A stretch of DNA of 64,000 nucleotides, from the NCBI GenBank assembly GCA_963843375.1, contig CAWJKT010000010.1, forward strand, positions 32,001-96,000. Reading direction: 5' to 3'. Every line of letters starts with the position of its first letter. Position 1 is the stretch's first letter. The DNA is from an uncultured Pseudomonadota bacterium (GTDB lineage Bacteria; Oederibacteriota; Muellerivitia; Muellerivitales; Muellerivitaceae). Positions 21,348-31,142 of the stretch are shown piece after piece. A model generated the notes under the pieces. That model searched no databases. It saw nothing but the letters and a program-made list of their open reading frames with translations, and was not told the origin of the DNA. The position numbers and the translations under genes are program-made.

Positions 21348-23151
21348 TCATTTGGAAGCAATGATATCCTTGAGACAGCACCCGGGAGGATCCGTTTTGG
21401 TAAAGCGTAGCCCGGCATAATAGAGACGGATGTGCCCGTCTTCCCGGCTGGCGTGGACTGTGTCCCCGTCTGGATAGAAAAGCCCGGAGATCACCGCGTC
21501 CTCGGTCTGAAATGGATTCCAGGGTGATCAAATAGTCCGTATCCGTAATATCGAAAACTTTACTGGTTATTCTGGCATTGACGGTCAAGAGCCCTCCCCG
21601 GTCTTCCAAGGTCATATTTTTAAATTGGGTCTGGCCATCCGGGTTGTCTAACTGATATCGTCCCAAGCATTCCTGCCAGGCCAAGGGGATCGGGATGGGT
21701 TGGATCTTTTCGAAAACCACAGGGTCGCCCAGTCCACTCAGGATGGCTACGTCCTTTCCCTCGACTGTGGTGAATTCAACACCGTATTGGGGAATGTGAA
21801 TTGGAAAGAAGAGGATCATGATCCTCGGAATGAACTTGTTTTCGGCGGTAGGCACCAGGTCGAATTGGTGATCCATCAGGTCTGCTCTCAAATGGGCCCC
21901 CCCTTTGGAGATTTCGGCGGCCTTGCCGATCCCTGAATAAAACCCCACAAATTGATTTATTTTTTCCTCTGGGACACTGATCAACACCGGCATGACGATC
22001 TTGGGTTTCGTGAGGTCCGCAGGGACGCCGTATTTGGCCTCCCGCATCAATTTCAAAGCCCGGAGGGCCAGATCCCTCACTAGGAGACGCGATTCCTCGC
22101 AATTGGAAAAGATCACCACTCCCAGTTTTTCCTTTGTCAATAGGGCGATTCGGCAGAAATGGGGGACGTAGTCTCCGTCATGCCAAGCCAGGTTCTTGGT
22201 GTTGTCCATTCCCAAGCCATTCAGCATCCATCCCAGCCCCATGTGGTGGCCGAAATCCAGGGGTATCCCGGTGTACTGTTCCTGATACATTGAATTTAAA
22301 ATATCAGGTTTCACGAGAGAGGGCTGGTCAGTGAAAATAAATCTTAGGAGCCGAGCCATGTCGTCCGCGCTGGAAACCATCCCGCCGGCGGGAATGTCCC
22401 GTAAATAGAGCTGGGGTCTTTCCTTGCCGCCGCTATAGCCTTTGGCCATTCTTTCACGGACGGAAGGGCTTAGGTCGAAGGTGGAGGAATCCATGCCCAA
22501 TGGCCTCAATAAATGGTCCCGCATAGCGTCGCTAAAGGATTGGCGGTCTTTCAGTTCGATGATCCGGCCCAAAAGACTATAGTCCAAATCGGAGTATTTA
22601 TAAAAACTTTGGGGTGGCGCAACCAGGTAGTCTTGTTTCAAGTCCTCGGCTAGTTGGGCGAGGGATTCGGCTTTTTCCACCCACATGCCCTGGTGGTAAG
22701 CGGCCGGTAGCCCCGAATGGTGCGCCAGAAGGGAACGAATGGTGATTTCCTTCGAATCTTTGAAACGGCTGCGAATGGAGAAGCCCGGAAGGGCTTCAGC
22801 GACCGGTTGGTCCAAAGTGAGTCTGCCTTTTTGCGTCAATCGCATGATTTCCAAAGCCGTGAGAATCTTCGAGACCGAATCAACACGGTAAAGAGTGTCC
22901 GCTGTGGCGGGGATCTTGTTTTTTTCGTCCGCCTCCCCGAAGCCCGTTTTCCAAACTATCTTGCCGCCGTCGACCAGGGCTAGACTGAGCCCTTTTACAT
23001 TATCCCGACCCATGCCCTGTCGGATGAAGTCCTTCAAATTTTCAATAGTAGAGGTGTAGTCAGTCTGAGCGAATAGAACATCATAGGCCCAACCCTTTTG
23101 AACCACGACAGGCACCAAGGGTAGTAAGAATGAAAAAAAGAATATTAACAT
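21348..23151 (-). CDS. Serine hydrolase, beta-lactamase/AmpC family (frameshift ~21505)
   Basis: SVSK (SxxK), LLAHHSGLP, YSD, PAGGMVSS, WHDG; the shifted tail matches the paralog at 27962. Confidence 0.88.
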
Positions 23152-23267
23152 TGGAGATAAATGGAATTTGAAAAAACCCTTTTGGATTTTAAATTCCTGA
23201 ATTACTGTTCTTGCCGAGACGAAGGGTTTTATTGTTGCCCTTCGGGGTTTAAATATCTTTGATTGAC

Positions 23268-24887
23268 TCACGCTGGCACCGCTTCCAAGGTTTCCGTGTG
23301 TACCACCTTAAATCGGGGGTCGCCCTCCTTTTCCAGCTTCTCAATGTCCTTTTCAAGTCTCGAGAGCACAATATCCCTGAATTTTTGAAAGTGGAGGTAG
23401 AGAGCCATAAGGGAGAGAGCGTCCCGAAAAGCCATGGGGTTTTTCCATAAAGTAAGGGCTAGGACCCTCCAATAATGATAGCCCGTGGAGGGCTTGGCCA
23501 TCATCCTGGTCGAAAGTTTGAAAAGGGCTTGTAGGTCATTGAAGATATTCAAGGGATTAAAATGCTGGCGACGTTTTTTTGCGTTGAGCATCAGTGAACT
23601 GCGCAAGACCCGGTTGAAATACTTCTTGGGGGTGAGGATTTCCTTCACGATCCGCCCGTAATCCTTCAAGATATCCAGCCGGGGCCGGGTGGTAATGAAG
23701 TTTAATCCGCTCACGCATTGGTCCCCGGTGTCGTCCATAGGGGTTTCGAAATCGGGGTCCAAACGGCCTTCCTTTTTCAGTCGTCGAGTGAGCTGGGTGT
23801 TGGGTACGGCCATCATCAGCCCCACCATGTTGACAGCGATATTGGTTTCCTCGATGTTGTCCAACATTCTCTGGGCCACGTCGTTCTTTTCCCCGTCAAA
23901 TCCGACGATATAGCCCGCCATCACGATCAGCCCGTGTCGGTTGAGCTTGTGGATACTTTCGGCGATGGAACGGTTCGTGTTCTGACGTTTTTGGGTCATC
24001 AGCAGAGTTTCCTTATCCGGAGTCTCAATGCCGGTGAACATCCAGGTGAAACCAGCCTCCTCCATCAGATTCATCAACTCGTCGTCATCAGCCAGATTCA
24101 AGGAGGCCTCCGTGCTGAAATCGAAAGGCCAATCGTGCTGTTTTTGCCACTCAATGAGGGCCGGAAGCAGGATCTTGACCGCTTTTTTATTACCGATGAA
24201 ATTGTCGTCCACGATTCCCACCTGTCCACGGTAGCCCAGGTCGTAGATGGTTTGAAGTTCATTCTGTAATTGAGTGATGGTTTTGCCCCGTGGCACCCGA
24301 CCAAAGAGTTCGATGATGTCGCAGAACTCGCACATAAAAGGACAACCCCGGTTCCATTGGATTCCCAAATTGAGGTAGTTGGAAAATTTCAACAGGTCGA
24401 ATCGGGGAGTGGGAGAGGTTTTCATGTCGGCTTTACGTTCCCCCGGTTCGTAGCGGTGCTTGGCCTCACCCGAGGTGTAATCCGCCAAAAACTCTGGAAA
24501 GGTGACTTCGGCTTCTCCCAGTATCAAGTGGCTGGCGCGGTCGTAAAGATGGGGGCTGGAGGTGGCGTCAGGGCCGCCTATGATGACGGTTTTTCCCAGG
24601 CTGCGGAAATGGTCGATGAGGCGAAGGTGTTCTTTCTGCTGAAAAATTTGTCCGCCAATAAAAATGAGGTCGGCCCACTCCACGCTTTTATCATTGAGTT
24701 TCTCGACGTTCATGTCATTGAGACGGATTTCCCAGGAGGGAGGCAGCATTGCGGCCACGGTGATGAGGCCCAAAGGTGCCTCGGGATACTTGGCGCCGAC
24801 CAGATCGCAGGCGTCGCGGAAATTCCAAAAAGATTGAGAAGTGAAACGGGGATAAACAAACAAACAACATGGAGTGGAAGAAATCAT
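23268..24887 (-). CDS. B12-binding radical SAM protein (DUF4070-type C-terminus)
   Basis: PLGLITVAAM, IGGPDAT, RGCPFMCEFC, DDNFIG, GYIVGFD. Confidence 0.9.
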   Translation of the reverse strand: MISSTPCCLFVYPRFTSQSFWNFRDACDLVGAKYPEAPLGLITVAAMLPPSWEIRLNDMNVEKLNDKSVEWADLIFIGGQIFQQKEHLRLIDHFRSLGKTVIIGGPDATSSPHLYDRASHLILGEAEVTFPEFLADYTSGEAKHRYEPGERKADMKTSPTPRFDLLKFSNYLNLGIQWNRGCPFMCEFCDIIELFGRVPRGKTITQLQNELQTIYDLGYRGQVGIVDDNFIGNKKAVKILLPALIEWQKQHDWPFDFSTEASLNLADDDELMNLMEEAGFTWMFTGIETPDKETLLMTQKRQNTNRSIAESIHKLNRHGLIVMAGYIVGFDGEKNDVAQRMLDNIEETNIAVNMVGLMMAVPNTQLTRRLKKEGRLDPDFETPMDDTGDQCVSGLNFITTRPRLDILKDYGRIVKEILTPKKYFNRVLRSSLMLNAKKRRQHFNPLNIFNDLQALFKLSTRMMAKPSTGYHYWRVLALTLWKNPMAFRDALSLMALYLHFQKFRDIVLSRLEKDIEKLEKEGDPRFKVVHTETLEAVPA

Positions 24888-25153
24888 GCGCGGTTCCTTT
24901 TAAGAAGGCTGGAGGAACAATAAGGACCTGGCGCGTAAAAATGGCTCGATCAGAACTCTGCAACCGACTTTTTTTATTTATGTAGCTTTATGTAGTATAA
25001 GAAGATTATTTGGTTTTAATAAGGTGAAAGATAAGAAATGCCGAAAGAAAATGGGACATACCTTTTCCCTATGCATACTTTGAATTGCCATAGGAAATAT
25101 ATCTAAATTGATCCGGCAAATATAAGACCAGGTCACTTTTGAAGTTTCTTCAG

Positions 25154-25167
25154 GTGATCCTAGTCAT
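25154..25167 (+). promoter_or_regulatory. ATGA-N6-TCAT box (1 mismatch)
   Basis: GTGATCCTAGTCAT; perfect TATAAT at 25189, 21 nt downstream. Confidence 0.7.
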
Positions 25168-25260
25168 ATTTAATAAATGTTTTAGAGGTATAATTTACTC
25201 AAGAAGTGATCTCTAAGGATCCCTCGGGGATTTTGGTCAAATAGAGGGTTGAGGTGCGTT

Positions 25261-25677
25261 ATGAAATTTAAAAAAAACACGCTGTTTTGGGTGGTGATTC
25301 TTTTTCCTTTCCTGGTTTGGACGTTAAAAAGTTCAGTGGTTTTGAGTGCACCATCGCCCATCCTGAGCACCGTGACGGGTTCGGATGTGGTGGCCACCCC
25401 CATTGGCACGACCATCGCCGTTACCCCGGTGGGAACACCTTTGGGAATTTTGGTGGGAACACCCATTCCTTATATCCCCATAGCCGTCAATATCTCCACT
25501 CCTATCCAATCCACCCCCTTGGGAATATCGATTGGCACCCCCGTTGGCCAGCCGGTGGTACCCATGACCCCAATTGGCGTGCCTTTTGGAACTATTACCC
25601 CCAAGCCCTCGGTAACACCTGAAATTACCCCGTTGAATGTAGTGGCGTCTCCGGCACCTGTGGTCACGCCGGAGTAA
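25261..25677 (+). CDS. Small exported Thr-Pro repeat protein
   Basis: GAGGTG RBS; MKFKKNTLFWVVILF signal; repeated TP[IVL]G. Confidence 0.7.
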   Translation: MKFKKNTLFWVVILFPFLVWTLKSSVVLSAPSPILSTVTGSDVVATPIGTTIAVTPVGTPLGILVGTPIPYIPIAVNISTPIQSTPLGISIGTPVGQPVVPMTPIGVPFGTITPKPSVTPEITPLNVVASPAPVVTPE

Positions 25678-25802
25678 AAAAAGTTTTTGGGCCAAGAACA
25701 ATTTTGAAAGACTAAATTCTCAGGGTGTGTTGGCCAAGGCTAATTCAGGTGGCCCTTCCGGTGATTTGGACAGTATTACTCGACGGGTTCATGAACTGCT
25801 CT

Positions 25803-26576
25803 TTAATCCAGACCGTAATTGCCATAGGTGTTATGGTGGGTGAAACTTTCCACATCCCGTCGGACTCTCAAGTAGGGGCCGGATTTTGAGGCGGGGTAAC
25901 CTATTCGGCAGGTGAAGGCAATTCGCTTAGTGGCGGGGAAACCGAGAATTTTACGGGCTTCGTTCTCAACACTCTCTCCCACCATGTTCGAGCTCAAGGC
26001 GCTGATGATGTGGAAACCCAGTCCTAAGGATTGGGCTACCAGCCACATGTTTTCCATCACACAGCCTAGGCTAATGAAACCCAGCGCATCGTTTTCCGAA
26101 GCTGGAGCCCGCCGGGTTGAATCGTAAAGTACTACTAGAAGCACCGGACCGCCATGAAGGGTATCCCAGAGGTGGGATCTGCCCTCCGCCCCCTCCACCT
26201 TGCCCTGTGAAGCTTCCTTTGTTCGCCAGGAAGGAGGGAACATTTCAGCCAGGACTCCTCTTTTCTTCTGGAGGAATTCCTCAACTGAAAAGGACATTTG
26301 TTCGTAGTTTTCTTTAATGAAGTCCGAAGAAAGCGCGGACTTGATGTTCCCGAGTTTTCCCAGGGGTGACTTGTCGTCCACGACGATGACATCGTAATTC
26401 TGCATATTGTGGGCCGTGGGAGCCCAGCGGGCAGCCTCAAGGATTTGGAGAATTGAGCGGTTGGGAACGGTCTGGGTGAGGTCAAAAGGCATCCGGGAAG
26501 AATGTCTTTTTTGGATAAGTTGCATCAGGCCATGGGTCTTGTCGGCTTGGGGTTTTTGTCTGGTTTTAGTGGCCAT
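25803..26576 (-). CDS. Nitroreductase family protein
   Basis: KRHSSR, ILEAARWAPTAHNMQ, ENMWLVAQSLGLG, IGYP; AGGAGG RBS. Confidence 0.9.
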   Translation of the reverse strand: MATKTRQKPQADKTHGLMQLIQKRHSSRMPFDLTQTVPNRSILQILEAARWAPTAHNMQNYDVIVVDDKSPLGKLGNIKSALSSDFIKENYEQMSFSVEEFLQKKRGVLAEMFPPSWRTKEASQGKVEGAEGRSHLWDTLHGGPVLLVVLYDSTRRAPASENDALGFISLGCVMENMWLVAQSLGLGFHIISALSSNMVGESVENEARKILGFPATKRIAFTCRIGYPASKSGPYLRVRRDVESFTHHNTYGNYGLD

Positions 26577-26756
26577 TTTTCCTCCTTTAAGATTCATAAA
26601 TTGTAATTTTCACTCCCAACCTTTGGTATTTTGCCAAGGCCAGTTAAAACCACATTGTTGACAAGAAAAAAAGATTGGTTTTACAAGTAATTTAAATCTC
26701 CTTTGCCCAATGCTGTTCTTGGCGGACTTTTTTATTGGTGGTGAAATGTTTTTAAT

Positions 26757-26957
26757 TTAATACGAGGCTTTTTCCTCGTGGAACTCCAATATTGGCTCGA
26801 TTTTGGCAAACTCCTCCAACGATATCTGGTGGGGTTCGCCGCCGGAAACCTCGATCAAGCAGATCGATTCCTCCGCTGAACAGGAGATGGCTGAAACTCG
26901 GTCGAGATTCATCCACAAATTCTTGTTGTCGATTGTCTTGACGTGTATGAATGCCAT
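26757..26957 (-). CDS. Small hypothetical protein (66 aa)
   Basis: AAGGA RBS; starts 12 nt downstream of the SDR. Confidence 0.65.
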   Translation of the reverse strand: MAFIHVKTIDNKNLWMNLDRVSAISCSAEESICLIEVSGGEPHQISLEEFAKIEPILEFHEEKASY

Positions 26958-26969
26958 GTCTGATCCTTC

Positions 26970-27761
26970 TTAAGAAAGTAACATGCCGCCGTCTACGACG
27001 ACCAAGGAACCGGTCATATAGTCGGCAGCTCCGGAAGCCAGGAACAGAACCACTTTGGCGATGTCGTCTGGCAACCCCATACGTTTAAGGGGAATCCGAC
27101 TTGAAAATCCATCCATCATTTCTTTCAATTGGGCCTGGTTCATTCCGCTACCCTGCAGTGGCTGGGCCGTCCCTTCGGTGTTGATTCCTCCAGGAGCGAT
27201 GGCGTTGACCAGGATTCCGTGGGGAGCCACTTCCACTGCGAAGTTCTTGGTGAAACTCAAAACCCCGCCCTTGGAGGAATCATAGGCCGCCAGTCCTATC
27301 ATTGAGGGGTGGACGCTGTCGATGGAGGCGATGTTGATGATCCGCCCACGCTTGTCCTGCTTAATCATCTGAAGTGCGGCCGCCTTGCACAGGAAAGCCA
27401 GGCCCCGCAGATTGACGGCGTAAACCTTGTCGAAAAGAGAAGGCTCCATCTTCAACATAGGCACCTGAGGGTAAATGCCCGCGTTGTTGACCAGGATGTC
27501 CAACTTCCCGAATTCGCTTACACAGGTTTTTACGACCTTTTCCCAACTCTCATCCTTAGAAACGTCCACTGCAAGTGTCCGAACTTTCCCTTTTTTCAGG
27601 CGGTTAGGCACTTCCGCCAAGGCCTTCAAGTTCATGTCGACCACCAGCACTTCTGTTCCGGCATCCACCAGCCGTTCGACGATTCCGAAGCCGATTCCCA
27701 GTGCCCCGCCCGTGACGATGGCGGACTTTCCTGAAACATCAAATGGGTTTGTACTTTCCAT
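26970..27761 (-). CDS. Short-chain dehydrogenase/reductase
   Basis: TGGALGIG, NNAG, YDSSK, VNAIAPG, VDGG; GGAGG RBS. Confidence 0.95.
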   Translation of the reverse strand: MESTNPFDVSGKSAIVTGGALGIGFGIVERLVDAGTEVLVVDMNLKALAEVPNRLKKGKVRTLAVDVSKDESWEKVVKTCVSEFGKLDILVNNAGIYPQVPMLKMEPSLFDKVYAVNLRGLAFLCKAAALQMIKQDKRGRIINIASIDSVHPSMIGLAAYDSSKGGVLSFTKNFAVEVAPHGILVNAIAPGGINTEGTAQPLQGSGMNQAQLKEMMDGFSSRIPLKRMGLPDDIAKVVLFLASGAADYMTGSLVVVDGGMLLS

Positions 27762-27828
27762 AAACCTTCCTCCGGTTAGAGAGTTTTCAAAGTCATTTAT
27801 AGAATGCAACGGGGAATGAAAAGCCGTT

Positions 27829-27842
27829 ATGACCGGGGTCAT
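27829..27842 (-). promoter_or_regulatory. ATGA-N6-TCAT box
   Basis: ATGACCGGGGTCAT; weak -10 CATTCT 22 nt away on the minus strand, toward the SDR. Confidence 0.75.
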
Positions 27843-27873
27843 GTAAGGGTGAGGATGAAAACTTCGGCCCGAT

Positions 27874-27887
27874 ATGACTCTGGTCAT
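27874..27887. promoter_or_regulatory. ATGA-N6-TCAT box
   Basis: ATGACTCTGGTCAT upstream of 27962; no good -10 at 22 nt. Confidence 0.7.
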
Positions 27888-27961
27888 GTTTGCCGCCGCT
27901 CTGGATATCCGAACTGCTCCCCCTTATTATTTTCTTTTATCCCCCTTCGGTGAGGAGTCCC

Positions 27962-29752
27962 ATGAAAATCCAAATTCTCTTTTTTCTCTTGGCTTTCCTT
28001 TTGACCGCTTCCCAGGGCTTTCTCCAAACCCCTCCGGACCCGGGTAAACCGGCCATCCCTTCGGTGAATTACGGCGGGGTTGAAAAGGACTTGGCAGAAT
28101 TTATCCGAAAAAAAATGGATCATGCGGACGTCAAGGGTTTAAGCCTCGCCCTGGTTGATGGAACCGGCGTCGTATGGGTGAAAGGTTTTGGTTTTGCCGA
28201 CGTCGCCCAAAAGATTCAGGCGACTGGCGACACTCTTTATTTACTTGGGGCGCCAACCAAGTTGTTCACGGCGGGAGAAATCCTTAAGCTAGCGGGGGAA
28301 GGTAAGGTTCGCCTGGACGATCCGCTCCAAAAGGATCTTCCCGGATTCTCCATCCATAGTCGCTTTAAGGTGGCCAAACCCATCACTCTGCGGGCCCTGC
28401 TGGCAAACCATTCGGGCCTGCCGGGCTTTTTCATCAAGGGGGCAATGGCCGATAAAACCGAAAACCTGGAACACTTTGTCATAGGATTGAGATCCGACTA
28501 CCTGACAGCGCCTCCACAGACACTCTATAAATACTCGTACGTCGATTACGATCTATTGGGTCGAATTATCGAACTAAAGAGAAAAAGTTCATTTGGGGAG
28601 GCCCTGCAAAAGGACTGGCTGGACCCCTTGGGAATGGATAATTCCACCTTCCACCGGAGTCCCGATTTGGAAGACCGGATGTCGAAAGGTTATTTGAGGG
28701 GTAAACCGACCCCCTTGAATCATCTGCGGGATGAACCTGCCGCAGGATTGATCACAAACGCCAGGGACATGTCGCGGTTCCTTTGTTTCGTCCTGGGGGC
28801 ACCCCTATCGAAAAGCGCCTCGCCCCTTTCCCGTGCCGCAATGGAATCCATGTTCGAACCCCAATATGGCGGTGCCGCACTTAATTTCGACCATGAGGTG
28901 GGCATTGGGTGGACCTTGAGCGGGTTGAACGTGGAGGGGTCCGAGGGGACGGCTTGGCACGACGGCGTCTATCCACCCTATGTCTCCGAGATAGCGGTCT
29001 TGGACAAACAAAAATTGGGGGTAGTGCTTTTGGCCAACTCGGAGGAGACCATTAAGATTGCCGATGACATCATCATCCGGGCCCTGAAGGGGATGCTGAA
29101 CGCCAAGTACGGACTAAAACTGGATTTGGAAAAGAAAAAAATAAAAATGCAAAAAATCGTGCAAGTTCCACTGGAAAGGCTGGACCGTTATACCGGTTCC
29201 TATTCCGCAGCGGGCCAACTAACTTCCGTCACTCGGCGGGGAAACCACCTGGCGACCGAACTGCTTCACTACGGGCTGGATCTGAACCCCATATCCCAAG
29301 ATACCTTCGTGCCGCGCTTCACCTTTCTTTTCTTCTTTACTTTTGACTTCCCAGAAAACACCATGACTTTTTCCACAGTTGAAGGGCATGACGTCACGGT
29401 TTTCAACGGGTTCACCTATCCGATCGTGCTGGAGAAAATCAATCCCATTCCCATCCCCGATACTTGGCGCAGGCGCATGGGGAACTATGTCCTGGAAAAC
29501 CCGGACGATTCGATCCAATTCAGGAAAGTTTCCTTAACCCAGAAAGACGGGTTCTTGACTGCGATGATGAAGGTTTCATTTCCCGCTTTTGACATCAGTG
29601 ACCGGGAATACAATGTGGCTCTGGAACCCATTTCAGACGAGGACGCCGTGGAACCGGGCCTTTTTTATGAGGACGGCGGCACATTGCATGCAGTGGAAGA
29701 TGGCGGTGCCACCCGACTCTATTACTCGGGTTATTGGTTCCGGAAGCAGTAA
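27962..29752 (+). CDS. Beta-lactamase-family serine hydrolase paralog lacking the catalytic Ser
   Basis: Colinear with 21348-23151, but APTK replaces SVSK; signal peptide; GAGGAG RBS. Confidence 0.88.
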   Translation: MKIQILFFLLAFLLTASQGFLQTPPDPGKPAIPSVNYGGVEKDLAEFIRKKMDHADVKGLSLALVDGTGVVWVKGFGFADVAQKIQATGDTLYLLGAPTKLFTAGEILKLAGEGKVRLDDPLQKDLPGFSIHSRFKVAKPITLRALLANHSGLPGFFIKGAMADKTENLEHFVIGLRSDYLTAPPQTLYKYSYVDYDLLGRIIELKRKSSFGEALQKDWLDPLGMDNSTFHRSPDLEDRMSKGYLRGKPTPLNHLRDEPAAGLITNARDMSRFLCFVLGAPLSKSASPLSRAAMESMFEPQYGGAALNFDHEVGIGWTLSGLNVEGSEGTAWHDGVYPPYVSEIAVLDKQKLGVVLLANSEETIKIADDIIIRALKGMLNAKYGLKLDLEKKKIKMQKIVQVPLERLDRYTGSYSAAGQLTSVTRRGNHLATELLHYGLDLNPISQDTFVPRFTFLFFFTFDFPENTMTFSTVEGHDVTVFNGFTYPIVLEKINPIPIPDTWRRRMGNYVLENPDDSIQFRKVSLTQKDGFLTAMMKVSFPAFDISDREYNVALEPISDEDAVEPGLFYEDGGTLHAVEDGGATRLYYSGYWFRKQ

Positions 29753-29830
29753 AATCAAAATCGAAGAAAAAGCCTAAGCCATCCTTCTCTGACTATGGTT
29801 ATATTTTATTTTTTTGCTTGATGGGATTAA

Positions 29831-31135
29831 TCAGGCCTGGTGATGAAGACTAAAAATCCGCTTCCGGTCGTCATAGACGAAAATTTCAGCGTAACGGCCC
29901 CAGGCAATAACGGTCTGTAAGGTTCTTTCCGCATCGCTCTGGCTCAGGTGGTCCTCAAACTCAAGTTCGAACCTCCGTCGGGGCGCCTCATGCCCCTCCC
30001 TCTCCTCCAGGATGCGACAAATGTGGGCGGTGAGGGGAACAAAGCGCAACAGATGCTCCTTGAAAATCTTCAGGCGATCCTCCGGGCTGCTTTGGGCGAA
30101 CACCTGCCCGGCGGCGGTCAGCTTGACCTTGTTTTCTTGAAGTTCGGCGAATTCCAGTATATGGAGCGCTTCGGCAACCCCCAAAGGATGCTTGAGGCCT
30201 AGGAATGAGGAGTGGACCAAATCGGTAAATTCCGCCTGCCCTTCATATGGCTTTGCGGCAAGGGCCTCGATGAATGCCACGATTAAAGGGCTTCCCACGG
30301 CCGGCAAGGCCAGGGCCAAGCCGCCATGAAGTTTGCGTTCCGCCTTCAAAGACTCGGCTACACGCGAGGTCAGGATGGAATAGAATTCGTCCACAATATC
30401 GTGAAAAGCCGCGTCCAGACGGTTTCGGGGATGGGGAAGTGTGACGTTGATCTCCGCTTCAATTCGCCCCGGGCCCGAGGAAAGAACCAGTATCCGGTCG
30501 CACATTTGAACCGCCTCCTCAATATTGTGGGTCACGAGCAAGACCGCTTTGGTGGAAAGCTGGTGTTCCATATAGAGGTCCAGGAAATCAGTGCGTAGGG
30601 TTTCGGCAGTCAGGACGTCCAGCGCCGAAAAGGGCTCGTCCATCAACAACACCAAGGGCTGAATCACCGTGGCTCTGGCAAAACCAACCCGCTGGCGCAT
30701 TCCCCCGGACAACTCGCGTGGATAGGCGGATTGAAAACCGCTGAGCCCGATCAGGTCGATGGCGGCTAGAGAGCGGCGTCGGGCCTCCTCGCGGGATACT
30801 CCCATCGCGTCCAGACCGAGTTCAACATTCTCTAGAACCGTCAACCAGGGCATCAGGGCGAAAGTCTGGAATACAATGGCCATGCCGTCAGCGGGGCCCG
30901 TCAGAGGCTTGCCCTGAAAAAGCACTACTCCTGAACTGGGAGGCATCAGACCGCCTCCAATTCGCAGCAGAGTCGACTTTCCAGAACCCGAACGCCCCAG
31001 AAGACCTAGAATCTCACCTTCGCTTATTGAAAGATCGATGCCTTCCAGCGCTGTCAGTGGTTTGGCTGGAGGTCGTTCAAAGGCCTTACTCACCTTGCGC
31101 ATTTCCAGAATGACAGGTTTTTGTATCGATTCCAT
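29831..31135 (-). CDS. NitT/TauT-type ABC ATPase with C-terminal AAA-associated domain
   Basis: GRSGSGKS, LSGGMRQR, LMDEPFSALD, C-terminal WGRYAEIF. Confidence 0.93.
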   Translation of the reverse strand: MESIQKPVILEMRKVSKAFERPPAKPLTALEGIDLSISEGEILGLLGRSGSGKSTLLRIGGGLMPPSSGVVLFQGKPLTGPADGMAIVFQTFALMPWLTVLENVELGLDAMGVSREEARRRSLAAIDLIGLSGFQSAYPRELSGGMRQRVGFARATVIQPLVLLMDEPFSALDVLTAETLRTDFLDLYMEHQLSTKAVLLVTHNIEEAVQMCDRILVLSSGPGRIEAEINVTLPHPRNRLDAAFHDIVDEFYSILTSRVAESLKAERKLHGGLALALPAVGSPLIVAFIEALAAKPYEGQAEFTDLVHSSFLGLKHPLGVAEALHILEFAELQENKVKLTAAGQVFAQSSPEDRLKIFKEHLLRFVPLTAHICRILEEREGHEAPRRRFELEFEDHLSQSDAERTLQTVIAWGRYAEIFVYDDRKRIFSLHHQA

Positions 31136-31142
31136 GGGTCCC

